Shown here: piece by piece, positions 24,136 through 35,610 of the stretch
How the letters are laid out: the number at the start of each line of letters is the position of its first letter
How positions within the stretch are numbered: position 1 is the stretch's first letter
DNA from: Octopus bimaculoides
Lineage: Eukaryota
DNA: 40,789 nt
Direction of reading: 5' to 3'
Assembly (NCBI RefSeq): GCF_001194135.2
Contig: NC_069001.1
Location: 25,195,012 to 25,235,800, forward strand
The notes under the pieces: generated by a model
The model's database searches: none
What the model was told of the DNA's origin: nothing
What the model saw: only the letters and a program-made list of their open reading frames with translations
Program-made: the position numbers and the translations under genes

Positions 24136-25406
24136 AAACCTTAAAATCAATATATCTAAAAATAAGTAACTAATGATACTTTCGTGGGGTTTTTTTTCTA
24201 GTTTAATACTGGTATGCTGTTACTGCCTTTGGTGTTAGGATTACGACAGTTAAATTAATTTACGAATTCATTTTCTTTTGAATCGGTTGGATCCTCAAAT
24301 ACTAACAAAACTGAAAATCATCGATCGACCAAAAAGTATGAATAAAGTCGCATTAATTTCTAAATATCAAACAATATTTTTTTTACAATGGCTAATCTCA
24401 AACTCTTCCATACTTCTCCAAATAAAAAAAAGGAAATGTACTCCTAGACTAGTTTTACTTCTTAAATTAATTGTTAGTATGATCATTAGACATTGCATTC
24501 CCTACCATTAAAATCCACGTTCATACTATAGATCAATATGTTCTCAGACAACGCAGTAAATTATTTGAAGATGCACATAGAAACACACACACATAATTGA
24601 TGCTTATTCTCTTCCTCTTTCTCCCTCTCAGTACATGTATGTATGTGTGGCTGGGTGTATACGCACACACACACACGCACACAATCTCCAACACGAAGAC
24701 GCTCAGAAACAAAATACCAAGATGGTGACGACTGAAAAACCTTTAATCATAGGTCTGTTAACTCTTCTTTGATCATAGGTCTTCTTAATCGGTTCTGATG
24801 ATACGTCTAATCAATCGCTTTTCATCAGCTGTCTGCATACTCGTATTTGAACGGAGGCGTACAGAACGCAGGGCTGAACAAGGTTAACACAATAAATGCA
24901 TAACCTTTATAGTTATTGCCAAACTTCGAACCTATAACGATATCATTGTTAATTTCAAAACTGAACACAAGGTTACCTATGTGTATCGAACGTTATGACC
25001 TTTACTATTGATTTCCAGATAACCCGAGAAGGGAATACGTACCTTTTAACTCACTGTAATAGAAATAGGTGCAAAATATATTTCTCTTATGCACCAAATT
25101 GAGGGACATATTGGACAAAGCATGCAAGTGTATACCCAAAAAATGTATATGTATGTACGTATTATGCATATTTGCTTGTGTTTGTGTATGTGTGTGTACG
25201 TACATATACAGAGTGTTCGCCTAAAAAAACTATATACACACTTCAGGAAACTAAAAATGTCTATAGATATTTTGATTCACTGTTATCACAATTTGTTAAA
25301 AAGTCGAACGAGGTATTATATTTATAGAAAAACTTATGCAAGTTAAATATTTATAAAGATTCTTCCTTTCCTGAAGTGTGTATATATTCTTTGCGGGGTG
25401 GACTCT

Positions 25407-25440
<34 letters not shown>

Positions 25441-25586
25441 GTGTCTGTGTGTGTAGGTTTCATGACGCAAATAGGAAACAAATATCAAAATATGAGTATT
25501 CATATATATTTTATTATCATTTAGCAGCAGCACCAGCGTGACTTAACAGTCGAAAGTTTCATGCATTGGAACTTATCAAACTCATA

Positions 25587-25690
25587 TACAGGGTGTCTCT
25601 AAATTAAGACAACCGAAGTCTAGGGCTTTAATAACTATCAATAAATGTGATAAGATATGAAAATTATACATCATTATAAAGGCTTGGTGT
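25587..25690 (+). mobile_element. Possible solo Tc1/mariner terminus
   Basis: TA|CAGGGTGTCTC start is typical of mariner TIRs; no partner end found in the window. Confidence 0.4.
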
Positions 25691-26612
25691 GTCTTCTCTT
25701 TGATTCAGATTTATAAATTATGATTATAGACTGAAATACAATCATAACCCTCCACAAAGCAGGCGAATGCTAAACAGCTATAGTAAGAAAAGCTTAAAAT
25801 TAAGCAAACAATATATGTCTTGAGTGTATACGTGACTATATCTGTGCGAGTTTATTGATATCTGTATAATATGATTTATTCCTTATGATATATACTTATA
25901 TGGTATGTTTCACTGTATTACCTATACCCATACAGAGATAATGCTTCTTTAACCTGTCATACGTTTCAAAATAACCGTAAGCCGAACCAGTTATAGTTCT
26001 TACACAACTAGACTCAACACTACATCACCATGTTTTTATATTTTATATTTCATGTTTCACATTCTTTTTTATTATTATCCGAATGGGTCAACCAACACGG
26101 AATCACTGCAGTATCCTGCAACAGGATATTTCTTCTGTTACGACTTTTCTTATGTTTCCTTCATTTTTGGGGACTGACGAGAATGGTAATATATAATTAA
26201 ATTTATTATAATTAATTTAATCTCTTCCATGTTTCTTACATGCTAGTGTTACCATTTGAAACGATCGTATGCATGGCTTAAAAATGTTATCAAAACTTTT
26301 AACATCTTCTGTTCTCCATCTTGAATTGTTTGTTGAGTATAATACACCTTATACTTGTATAACCTTCATATTTTTAATACAATACATGCAATAGCAAGCT
26401 ATAAATTTAATATTAAGTATCTTTATTAGAAATCGAACTTTGGACCCCCTTAAAGTAAAACTTTCTCATATATATATATATATATATATAAAGAGAGAGA
26501 GAGGGATATAAGTAGACACACAGACAGACAGGAAGAAGTAGCTTACACACTTATATAGGTGTCAGCTTACACGCTAATTAGGCCACTATCAAAATAATGA
26601 AATCGAAGATTT

Positions 26613-26670
26613 TAATAAATTTTTACTAATTACTTGTGTCAGACACAAGAGTAATTAGTAAAATTTATTA
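26613..26670. repeat. AT-rich near-perfect palindrome
   Basis: TAATAAATTTTTACTAATTACTTGTGTC-A-GACACAAGAGTAATTAGTAAAATTTATTA. Confidence 0.85.
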
Positions 26671-27289
26671 GATTAAATTATTCTTGAAGTCAAAGGGTTG
26701 TCACCTTTACCTTAATGTAAAAACAGCCGAGAAGTAATCAAATAGTTGAAATTCATCCAGCATCAGCATAGAACTAGTCTTCTACAGTCTCATATAGAAG
26801 ATTCTCAACCGTTTAATAACAAAGATGGTCGATTTTGCGTAATCGACCACGAACCTAATTCTGGAATAGTTGTGCAATATTAACTATAGTTCCATAATTT
26901 ACATTTGGTTGTCTGCATTAACATCACCCCCCCCCCCCAAAAAAAAAAACACACATTTAATATCGGTTTAGTATTTACAACCTCGTAACAATTCCTGCTC
27001 TCTTAGCCCTTACAGTTTGATGTAATTATTGGTTTATTTTCAACGATTCCATGATTTCCTATAGACAGAATATTTCTGGGCAGTCACTAAACAGAGCCAT
27101 TATCCTTTATGTTTTATATGTTCTGGGTAACTATTACAACTTTACATTTTGGACCCTGATTCAAATACGTATTGAAATAGTTGTAAAAACGGTTCAACGA
27201 AAATTAATAATAATACTTGCACATTTTGCATAAAAGAATATTTACATACATAATATAGCATTAATATTAACTAAAATGTTTATCTATAT

Positions 27290-27650
27290 GCGCAGGTATG
27301 GCTAAGTGGTAAGAAGATTGCGTCCTAGCCATATAGTTCCGGGCTCAATTCCACTTTGTGGCACTTTGGGACGTGCTTTTTACTATAGCCTCGGGCCAAT
27401 CGACATCCTCTGAGCGGTTTACGTAGAGGAAAACGAAAAGAAGCTGTATTTTTGTCTGTGTTCGCCCACTAACACTACAATCAGATTTGGTTGTTTGTGT
27501 CCCAGTAACATTGGTTTGACAAAAGTGACAGATGGAATAGGTAGCTGGCTTTAAAATAAATGAGTACTAGGATTTACTCATTCGACTTAAAGGGTCTTAG
27601 GGAGCTGCTCCAGCTTGGCTACTGTCTAATGACTAAAGTAGGTTAAAGAT
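27290..27650 (+). mobile_element. Diverged SINE family B
   Basis: GCGCAGGTATGGCTAAGTGGTAAGAAG...GTTCCGGGCTCAATTCC...ACTATAGCCTCGGGCC; homologous to the 11588 copy. Confidence 0.8.
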
Positions 27651-27699
27651 AAAAGGTAGGTCTATATTTTTGTAGAGTTAAAATATAAGCAATCATCGT

Positions 27700-27889
27700 T
27701 TAATGTGACAGTCCTCTGAAGGGAATTATACTACTACTGTTGGTTAGACCTAGGAAGCTGCACCGCTTACTGTCGGCCTTGGCAGGAACATAAGGACACA
27801 GGAAATGTGTAAAGGTCGACAGGAAGCGGTGCAGCTTCCCAGGTCTAACCAACAGTAGTATAATTCCCTTCAGAGGACTGTCACATTAA
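27700..27889. mobile_element. Small foldback/MITE, ~80 bp arms, TTAA at both ends
   Basis: Arms 27700-27780 and 27812-27889 are reverse complements with one 3-nt indel and 3 mismatches; 31-nt loop. Confidence 0.85.
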
Positions 27890-29273
27890 GTTGACAGCAT
27901 ACAACTACTTCATCGTATCACTACTGCATAAACCTCTCTGAGAGATTTAGAAATGTATTATTTGTAAATCATCGTTTTATCATTTTATTTAGAAAATGCA
28001 TTAGTATTTCTATTTGACTCGTGTGTCAAGTAGTCAAGGTTATTGTACTGCTATCATATAAGCAATGAACACTAGCGTGTTTCACTACCATCTTTATAAT
28101 TACCTCTGCTCTAATATAACTACTAAATACATACAGCTAAATGCATTTATTCCCCCTTAAACGTGGATGTTCTAATAGAACAAACTATACTTTGGTAATT
28201 ACCATGAAAGAAACTTTCATACTGGCTTGTAGTAGAAAATGCACTCTAATCTATATCACTAGCTACCTCCTCCTCAATCACCACCACCTCCAACGCCGAA
28301 TCATCCATCATTGGACAAACGTCTATCATTAACAAGACCATGGAAGGTGTAAATCACGTTAGCTGGTGGTCTCGGTGTTGGAAGATTTATTTCTTCGCTA
28401 GCGATATAAACAAACGTGCATTTTGCACCAAAAGCAAATGTGAGAGTTTCTCTCATGGTATCTACTGCAGTATACTTGGTTCTAATAAAAGATACACGAT
28501 TAACTGGTGATAAATCTGCCTCTATCGCTAATAAACATTTAATTAAATACTATAATGCATCCCATAACTACTCATATGCAGTTTTTTCTCTCATAAAGCT
28601 CTTGTTTTTTCAACAGTGCTCAATACCAATGCTGCACTACTAACATACATCTTTTTGCCCCTTGGTTACCATTATATAAATATACGTTTTTATCTCAGGT
28701 GCTTTCTTCAATAATGCTCAATACTCAACAGTGCTATTGGCATTCATTTATTGTTGTGACTTTCCATGCCGTTATATAAATTCCATGACAAATTATATAT
28801 GTATATATAAGGATAGGTCTTAGTAGACACATTACATGTGATCTTCTTCTAGTACATTAACAGTCCACCTAGTCGTCTCCTTTATATATACAAATACAAT
28901 AATCCCTTGAGATCTCAGGTATTTTCTCTGAATCTCTCTGATTCTTTTAATATGCTTACTTCCTGGTAATAAATGGATATTAATTAATATCCAATTTTTT
29001 ACCCTAATATTTGAATTTGATTAACCATAACCGAGTTTTCAAAGTGGGTATATGCGATGCAGTACTATTTTCTGCAGAGATATTTCCGGAATTAGCGCGC
29101 CAAAACGAAGGCTTTTGAATTTTACGATTAAGTATAATTAGCAGAACCACATGTGTGTTCACCACCCGAGAGGAACAACTTGTATGAGATTCTGAAAATT
29201 ATATTTACCTTACAGTCGTGCTGATCATAAACAGATATTTTCGGTAACAGAATATTAATTTCGAAACTATAGT

Positions 29274-29637
29274 NNNNNNNNNNNNNNNNNNNNNNNNNNN
29301 NNNNNNNNNNNNNNNNNNNNNNNNNNNNNNNNNNNNNNNNNNNNNNNNNNNNNNNNNNNNNNNNNNNNNNNNNNNNNNNNNNNNNNNNNNNNNNNNNNNN
29401 NNNNNNNNNNNNNNNNNNNNNNNNNNNNNNNNNNNNNNNNNNNNNNNNNNNNNNNNNNNNNNNNNNNNNNNNNNNNNNNNNNNNNNNNNNNNNNNNNNNN
29501 NNNNNNNNNNNNNNNNNNNNNNNNNNNNNNNNNNNNNNNNNNNNNNNNNNNNNNNNNNNNNNNNNNNNNNNNNNNNNNNNNNNNNNNNNNNNNNNNNNNN
29601 NNNNNNNNNNNNNNNNNNNNNNNNNNNNNNNNNNNNA
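29274..29637. other. Assembly gap
   Basis: N-run immediately left of the foldback element; the only gap not flanked by a microsatellite. Confidence 1.
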
Positions 29638-29653
29638 TAGACTATGTATTATT

Positions 29654-30246
29654 CATTTAAAATGCAGAGATGCCTATAATAGGACATCTACTCGCTAGAA
29701 ATAGCAGCAAAAGACTATATACCACAAAAATTAGGGATAATTTCGAAAGGAAATGAAAAATAAAAACTTTTACCAATCTATATTCTGTACCATGGTTTCA
29801 AGTCAATTTTAGTAAGATATAAATTATATATCTTAACAAGGTCGGACTATCATCAGCAGAAATGACCAGACAACATATGAAGCACGAGTCAATAAGCAGC
29901 ATTATTCGTGTTCCTATGTCTAATTTTTCAAAATATACCGCGTATTTGCGGTTTACTTAACCGGCAGCAAATACAAAAATGCCGAAATTCCTTCAGAAAA
30001 TTATCCAAAAAGAATTTTATCATTATTAATAAATTATAGGGTAGCAATTATAGTCCGACCTTGTTAAGAGATATAATTTTTATCTTACTAAAATTGACTT
30101 GAAACCATGGTACAGAATATAGATTGGTAAAAGTTTTTATTTTTCATTTCCTTTCGAAATTATCCCTAATTTTTGTGGTATATAGTCTTTTGCTGCTATT
30201 TCTAGCGAGTAGATGTCCTATTATAGGCATCTCTGCATTTTAAATG
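29654..30246. mobile_element. 593-bp foldback/MITE-like element with 197-bp inverted arms
   Basis: 29654-29850 is the reverse complement of 30050-30246 (2 mismatches seen); 199-bp unique spacer. Confidence 0.9.
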
Positions 30247-31029
30247 TATATATATATATATATATATGGACAGACGGACAGACAGATAGACAGATAACAT
30301 CCAGTGAGAGAGAGTAAAAGTGTGAGTGAAAGAGACATACCTATCGTACCTTGAATAAATAAGTTGAACAGGATTTGAAACGAGACTATAATGTAACAGA
30401 ATGAATAACGAGTGATAATCTACGTTATCATCTCAGTACCGCCCATTATCATTAATAATATTGATAATTGTAATTAGAATATCAATCGCATTAATATTGA
30501 CATTAATGAAATATATTATAACATTTCCGATGATCAATTGTTTACTTAATGTGACATTAAATTATTTGTAAAAACAAACAAACAAAAAAAAGATATCTGT
30601 TATAAAATATTTTAGTAAAATGTTTCCTGGGTGGGAAAAAAATGATACGTCATTTAATTATTTAATCAATCAATTTTAATCGTTAAATATTTATAGGTTT
30701 CAAAATATATTTATGTTTTGTTCGTCAGTTGTGTTTTTTCCTCGCCGCATGTGATGAGAGGCTTTTTGTTCGAACAAGGTTATTGCTGCGGTTGGTGTTT
30801 AACCCCAGGTCAACAATGAACGAGCTCAGTTCTCTTCAAAGACAGTGCAATTATAGCAAAGACACATCCTAATAATCATTCCAAGTCACATATCTTGTTA
30901 TTCTAAGGCAACTGTGGTTTACCTTGAATATATAACTCTAATATTCCTAGAACACCTAGTAAATTGCTGGAACACTTATATCTTTGTTAATTTTTGTGAC
31001 ACACAAGAGATAAAAGTTTTCCGTTTATA

Positions 31030-31445
31030 ATATTCTCCAGGCTCTTAATGACTGGTGGCAACTCTGTGGCTAATGTTTCTCACGACTAGTTTCAAATCAA
31101 CTTCTGCCGAGTGGGAAATGCAGTTGTAAGCGTGCGACATAAAGGATTTGCAGTATCGGTTACGGTGAGGCCTCGCAGAGGACAAAACATGGGTGACGAA
31201 AGGTCTGCAGTTGAATGAGTGAAAGAGACACGGAATTATTAAATCCTAGAAACACTGTTGCTGCGGTAGAAAAGGAAGAACACAAGAGGAATTTGTGGAG
31301 ATAGCAAAATTGTGGCTCGGAATATGGTGTGTATATTTTTGAGAGATTTCATACGCCACATCTGTAACTCTTCTTTTCATATAGTCTAGAATAGCTGAGT
31401 ACGTAGCTACAGCACCATCCTTGAAAAATGATGCTGCAAGATTCT
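31030..31445 (-). pseudogene. Decayed 3' end of a CR1-group LINE ORF2 (post-RT region)
   Basis: DGAVATYSAILDYMKRRV resembles the W(D/S)GA....LDRIQRRA motif; downstream RYCKSFMSH..DLKLVVRNISH resembles the terminal SF..R...WNSLP...FK..I region. Confidence 0.55.
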
Positions 31446-31546
31446 GTAAATGAAACTTAGAACTATAGTCAAATGGTAACATACACCTTATTAGAATATT
31501 TATGTTATAAAGTTCGACACCAATTTTTGCAACGATATTAGCAGCA

Positions 31547-31715
31547 AGGAGGCGAGCTGACAGAACCTAGCACGCCTTCCTTACGTTCTAAGTTCCAATG
31601 CCACCAGAGTCGACTTTGACTTCCATCCTTTCGGAGTCGATAAAATAAGTACCGATTGAGCACTGGGGTTGGAGCAATCAACTAATTCCTCCATCGAAAT
31701 TTGAAGCCTTGTGTC
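31547..31715 (+). mobile_element. SINE family A (internally deleted)
   Basis: AAGGAGGCGAGCTGACAGAA...GTCGACTTTGACTTCCATCCTTTCGGAGTCGATAAAATAAGTACC. Confidence 0.85.
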
Positions 31716-31756
31716 TATAGTTAAAAGTTTTGTTACTTTTATTAGATATTACAAGA

Positions 31757-31940
31757 CAGTGAACAGCCAGAATCGATGTTACGCCTGTCAAAATGCTTTG
31801 CGCCATTTCGGTCATCTTTAAGTTTGGAGTTCAAATCCCGCCGAGGTCGACTTGCGTTTCATCTTTTCGGGATGGAGAAAGTAAGTACCAGTTGAGTATT
31901 GGGGTCGTTGTAATCGATTTCAGGCCTGGTGCCTATAGTA
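31757..31940 (+). mobile_element. SINE family A
   Basis: GAGTTCAAATCCCGCCGAGGTCGAC...AAGTACCAGTTGAGTATTGGGGTCG. Confidence 0.85.
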
Positions 31941-33112
31941 GACAGGATTATTATTATTATCATAATTATTGGATATTGTTACTTTTAGACTTTATATCAT
32001 AGGAAGCAGAATCGTCTTTATGAGAAAAGAAAATTCAATTCTTTTAGCTTTTACAAATTCCTGACAGTGCAGCAAATGTACAGTGTATATTACATTGAAA
32101 TAAATTTTGCAATAACAGAGCTACCGTTGCATTCTTTCCTAGTCTGGAGAATGCTTTTAATACTAATAAGTTTTTCGAGATAATCAACAATGTGTTCAAT
32201 ATGATAGAATTTTCGAAAAATGAGTCAAAAATTCAATATGCACCGCTCTGTCCTATTCTAATGTATGTTTTTTTTTTTATGTATATATAAGAAAAGAATT
32301 CATATTCTCACTGGTGTATTATGCAAGGGTATTCCTTTTTCTTTTCTTTCTAAAGTATTGTAATATATCTTAGCGAAGAGCAAACAGCACAATGGCTGTA
32401 ATTAACAAGATTTGAACTTATGAACGTGTTTAGTCAGTAAGGCCTTCACATACAATCCTCACTGCAATAATATATGGGTTACGGTCGATAGAATTCTCTA
32501 GTACATTAATTATAAGAAAACATTTATGTATTACAATTTGTGCTTCGGCACTGGTCTTTCTGTGTGTGAGTGTGTGTCTGTCTGTTTCAGTGTCTGGTTT
32601 ATGTGTTAGTTGTGAAGTATATATAAGTGTTGAACATGGATATTCATATATGTGTGTGTATATGTGCACGCGTGGTCGTCTGTATGTGCGTATGTGTGTG
32701 GTGTGCAGTTAACCAAAGTTCATTACTCAGTTCTTATATTATATTGCTTAGGCATTTTGTAACTCTTTTTTTTTTTTTTAGTATATATATTTTTTAACGT
32801 CATTATATTTTTCTTCAATTTGCACCAATCAATTGTTCAAGCAATTTCTATTTCGCTTCGGCCTCACTCTTCTCTTCTTGATAACTTTTCTTCTTTAGTT
32901 TTATTAAAATTCTTTTAAATAAGTTTCTTTTTTCTTCATTCGTTTTTTTTTGTTGTATTTTTCTATTCTATTGTAATACTTTTGAACAACTTTTATGTAT
33001 AATTTTATTTCATTTGCTTTTTATTTTATGTTCATCGAAGTTCGTTTTGTTTAATTGAAATTATTGATGGACCATTTCTCCTCATTTAGGACTAGAGAGA
33101 ACAATATTCCAC

Positions 33113-34690
33113 TTATCTTTTGACGAGCAGCGATATGATGGAGGAGAGAGATGGAGTGTTGGTGCTGATAGCTATAATGGTGGGGAACTGTTGGTTGTAG
33201 AGGATGTGATGATGATGGCGTTGGTAGGGAGTAGTGGTGGTAATGGTTGTAATGATTATAGCAGTAGTGGTATTTGTTGTTGTTGTAGTACTTGGAATGG
33301 TAGTACTTATGCTTCTAGCGGTGCTGGCGTTGATGGTGTCGATAGTTATATTGAGGTACTTGTATTTCAAGATGTTATTGTAATGAAGATGGTAATGTCA
33401 TCGCGGGTAGTTCGGGTTGTGTGTACTGATTGTTATGCAATTTTTCCTAGAAGTTATGAGGCTATAAGAATTATCTTATCGTGACGATGTTTATATTTCC
33501 ATCGGTTAGCACTTTTTGTTGTTGTGGCTGTTTTTACTTTTATTTATAGTTATTGTTACATTTGTGTGGAGGTGCAATGGCCCAGTGGTTAGGGCAGCGG
33601 ACTCGCGGTCATAGGGTCGCGGTTTCGATTCCCAGACCGGGCGTTCTGAGTGTTTATTGAACGAAAACACCTAAAGCTCCAGCAGGGGATAGTGGCGAAC
33701 CCTGCTGTACTCTTTCACCACAACTTTCTCTCACTCTTACTTCCTGTTTCTGTTGTGCATGTAATTCAAAGGGTCAGCCTTGTCACACTGTGTCACGCCG
33801 AATATCCCCGAGAACTATGTTAAGGGTACACGTGTCTGTGGAGTGCTCAGCCGCTTGCGCGTTAATTTCACGAGCAGGCTGTTCCGTTGATCGGATCAAC
33901 TGGAACCCTCGACTTCGTAAGCGACGGAGTGCCAGCAACAACAACTACAACAACAACGATTGTTACATTTGTAGTATTACAGTGGTTGTCCTTATATTTC
34001 TACTGGCATTAGTGGTGTTCGTGATGGCTGCGATGATTCTATACTTGTGCATGGGATGTTAGTAGTAATACTAACAGCGTTGGTGGATGTAAAGATTTTG
34101 AAGATAGATGTAGAATTCATTGTAGCAATTATGCTTTCAGTTCCTTTACTAATAATAGTTATACTTGTAGTGCATGAACTAGAGATGCTTTAAGTAGTAG
34201 CGGTAATTACAGTTGTTTTAGCGGTGGTGTTATTTCAAATGCTTAGAGTTTTGTTGGTTAAAATTGTAGCACTGACAAACGTAGCGGTGATTGTGCATTG
34301 TGCTTATAGTCGGGTTCTGTCCTGCTACTAGCACAAATGATGCGGCCTTAATATCTTTTGTGATATTGGTTTTATTTCCAGTAGTGTATTATATGGATAG
34401 AATGGTGTTTAGTTGGTTGTTAGACTTAACTGTAATGTTTATAATAGAAGAGGTGACGCCTATCAGTTATTTATTAATTCGAATAAGGGTTATACTTTTT
34501 CGTGGCAATCATTATGGTAGAGGTGGTGGTGTTTCTTAGCCTCATATCAACCCAATTTTGCAGAATTTTGATCGAAGTTATTCCAGCCATGCTAAAGAAT
34601 CATTTGCGTCTTATATATTATAATGCAGTGGTGTTACTTGAGGTTGATACCACAGATACTTGTAACGTGCTTGTAAAATACCTGTAAGAA
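33113..34690. repeat. Long degenerate GTN/ATN-type triplet low-complexity tract, split by a SINE
   Basis: Persistent 3-nt periodicity (GTA/GTG/GTT/ATA) with frequent stops in all frames. Confidence 0.65.
33568..33956 (+). mobile_element. Well-preserved tRNA-derived SINE (family D) with 14-bp target-site duplication
   Basis: A-box TGGCCCAGTGG, B-box-like GGTTTCGATTCCC, (CAA)n tail; ATTGTTACATTTGT at 33552-33565 and 33959-33972. Confidence 0.92.
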
Positions 34691-35104
34691 CGTAGGGACA
34701 GACTTTTTTTAATAATGATATTCATGTGCTAGCCGGGACTCTTGCATTGTCATTTCACTGGTAACTGTTGATGGAGGGATCTTCATGAGATCGATGAATT
34801 ATAGTTTAGTTATGGTGTTAGTATTCGTGATGTATCTGTGAGAAAACGCAGGGGAAAGCAGGCGTTTGTTTAGAAGTACAAATATATAACCTCAACAATA
34901 CACAATGAGACTTACGTTACAAATTCCTGTAGAGATTTGGAATCACAGGGAGAAAATGAAAACAGTAATTCAGTCAAGAGCGTGCAGTCGCAGGTAACGA
35001 AAGACAGGCCATGTGGACTTGGAGAATTTGATCCAGCTTTTGTCGCTTGTATTGGTATAAGGGAAGAAGAGATACATTTGGTAGTACTTCAGGAGGCTTG
35101 TTTT

Positions 35105-35293
35105 GACCTTTTATCTGTTACCTGTTTCAGTTATTAGTCTGCGGCCATGCGGGGGTACCGCCTTGAATAAGTTTTAGTCGAGTAAATCGGCCTCAGTAAT
35201 TATGTTTTTTCCTGGAAGCTTTGTACTTATTTTATCAGTCTTTTTGTTGATTCACTAACTTACAGGGACGTATACAATCCAACATAGATACAA

Positions 35294-35360
<67 letters not shown>

Positions 35361-35393
35361 CACACTTATATAAATATACGTGTGTGTATGTAT

Positions 35394-35452
<59 letters not shown>

Positions 35453-35610
35453 TATATATAAACACACGCCCACAACAAGCTTCTTTCAGTTTCTGTCTAC
35501 CAAACCGACTCTGTTCGGACTGAAGGTATAGTAGAAGTCACTTGTCCAAGAATTGAACCTGGAACCATTAAGTTGGGAAGCAAGCTCCTTACGATAGGGC
35601 CAGGCCTGCG
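35105..35610 (-). mobile_element. SINE family B with internal (CA)n
   Basis: CTGTTTCAGTTATTAGTCTGCGGCCATGC and GCTTCTTTCAGTTTCTGTCTACCAAA are reverse complements of the two halves of the 11588 copy. Confidence 0.8.

Noticed and set aside
24705-24790. Possible short repeat-family fragments here and at ~30790-30870
   Set aside because: They look repeat-derived but cannot be aligned convincingly to anything within the window
26794-26886. Possible exon SHIEDSQPFNNKDGRFCVIDHEPNSGIVVQY* after CTTCTACAG; similar acceptors near 28718 and 29075
   Set aside because: Acceptor only, no donor or compatible neighbouring exon, no recognisable homology
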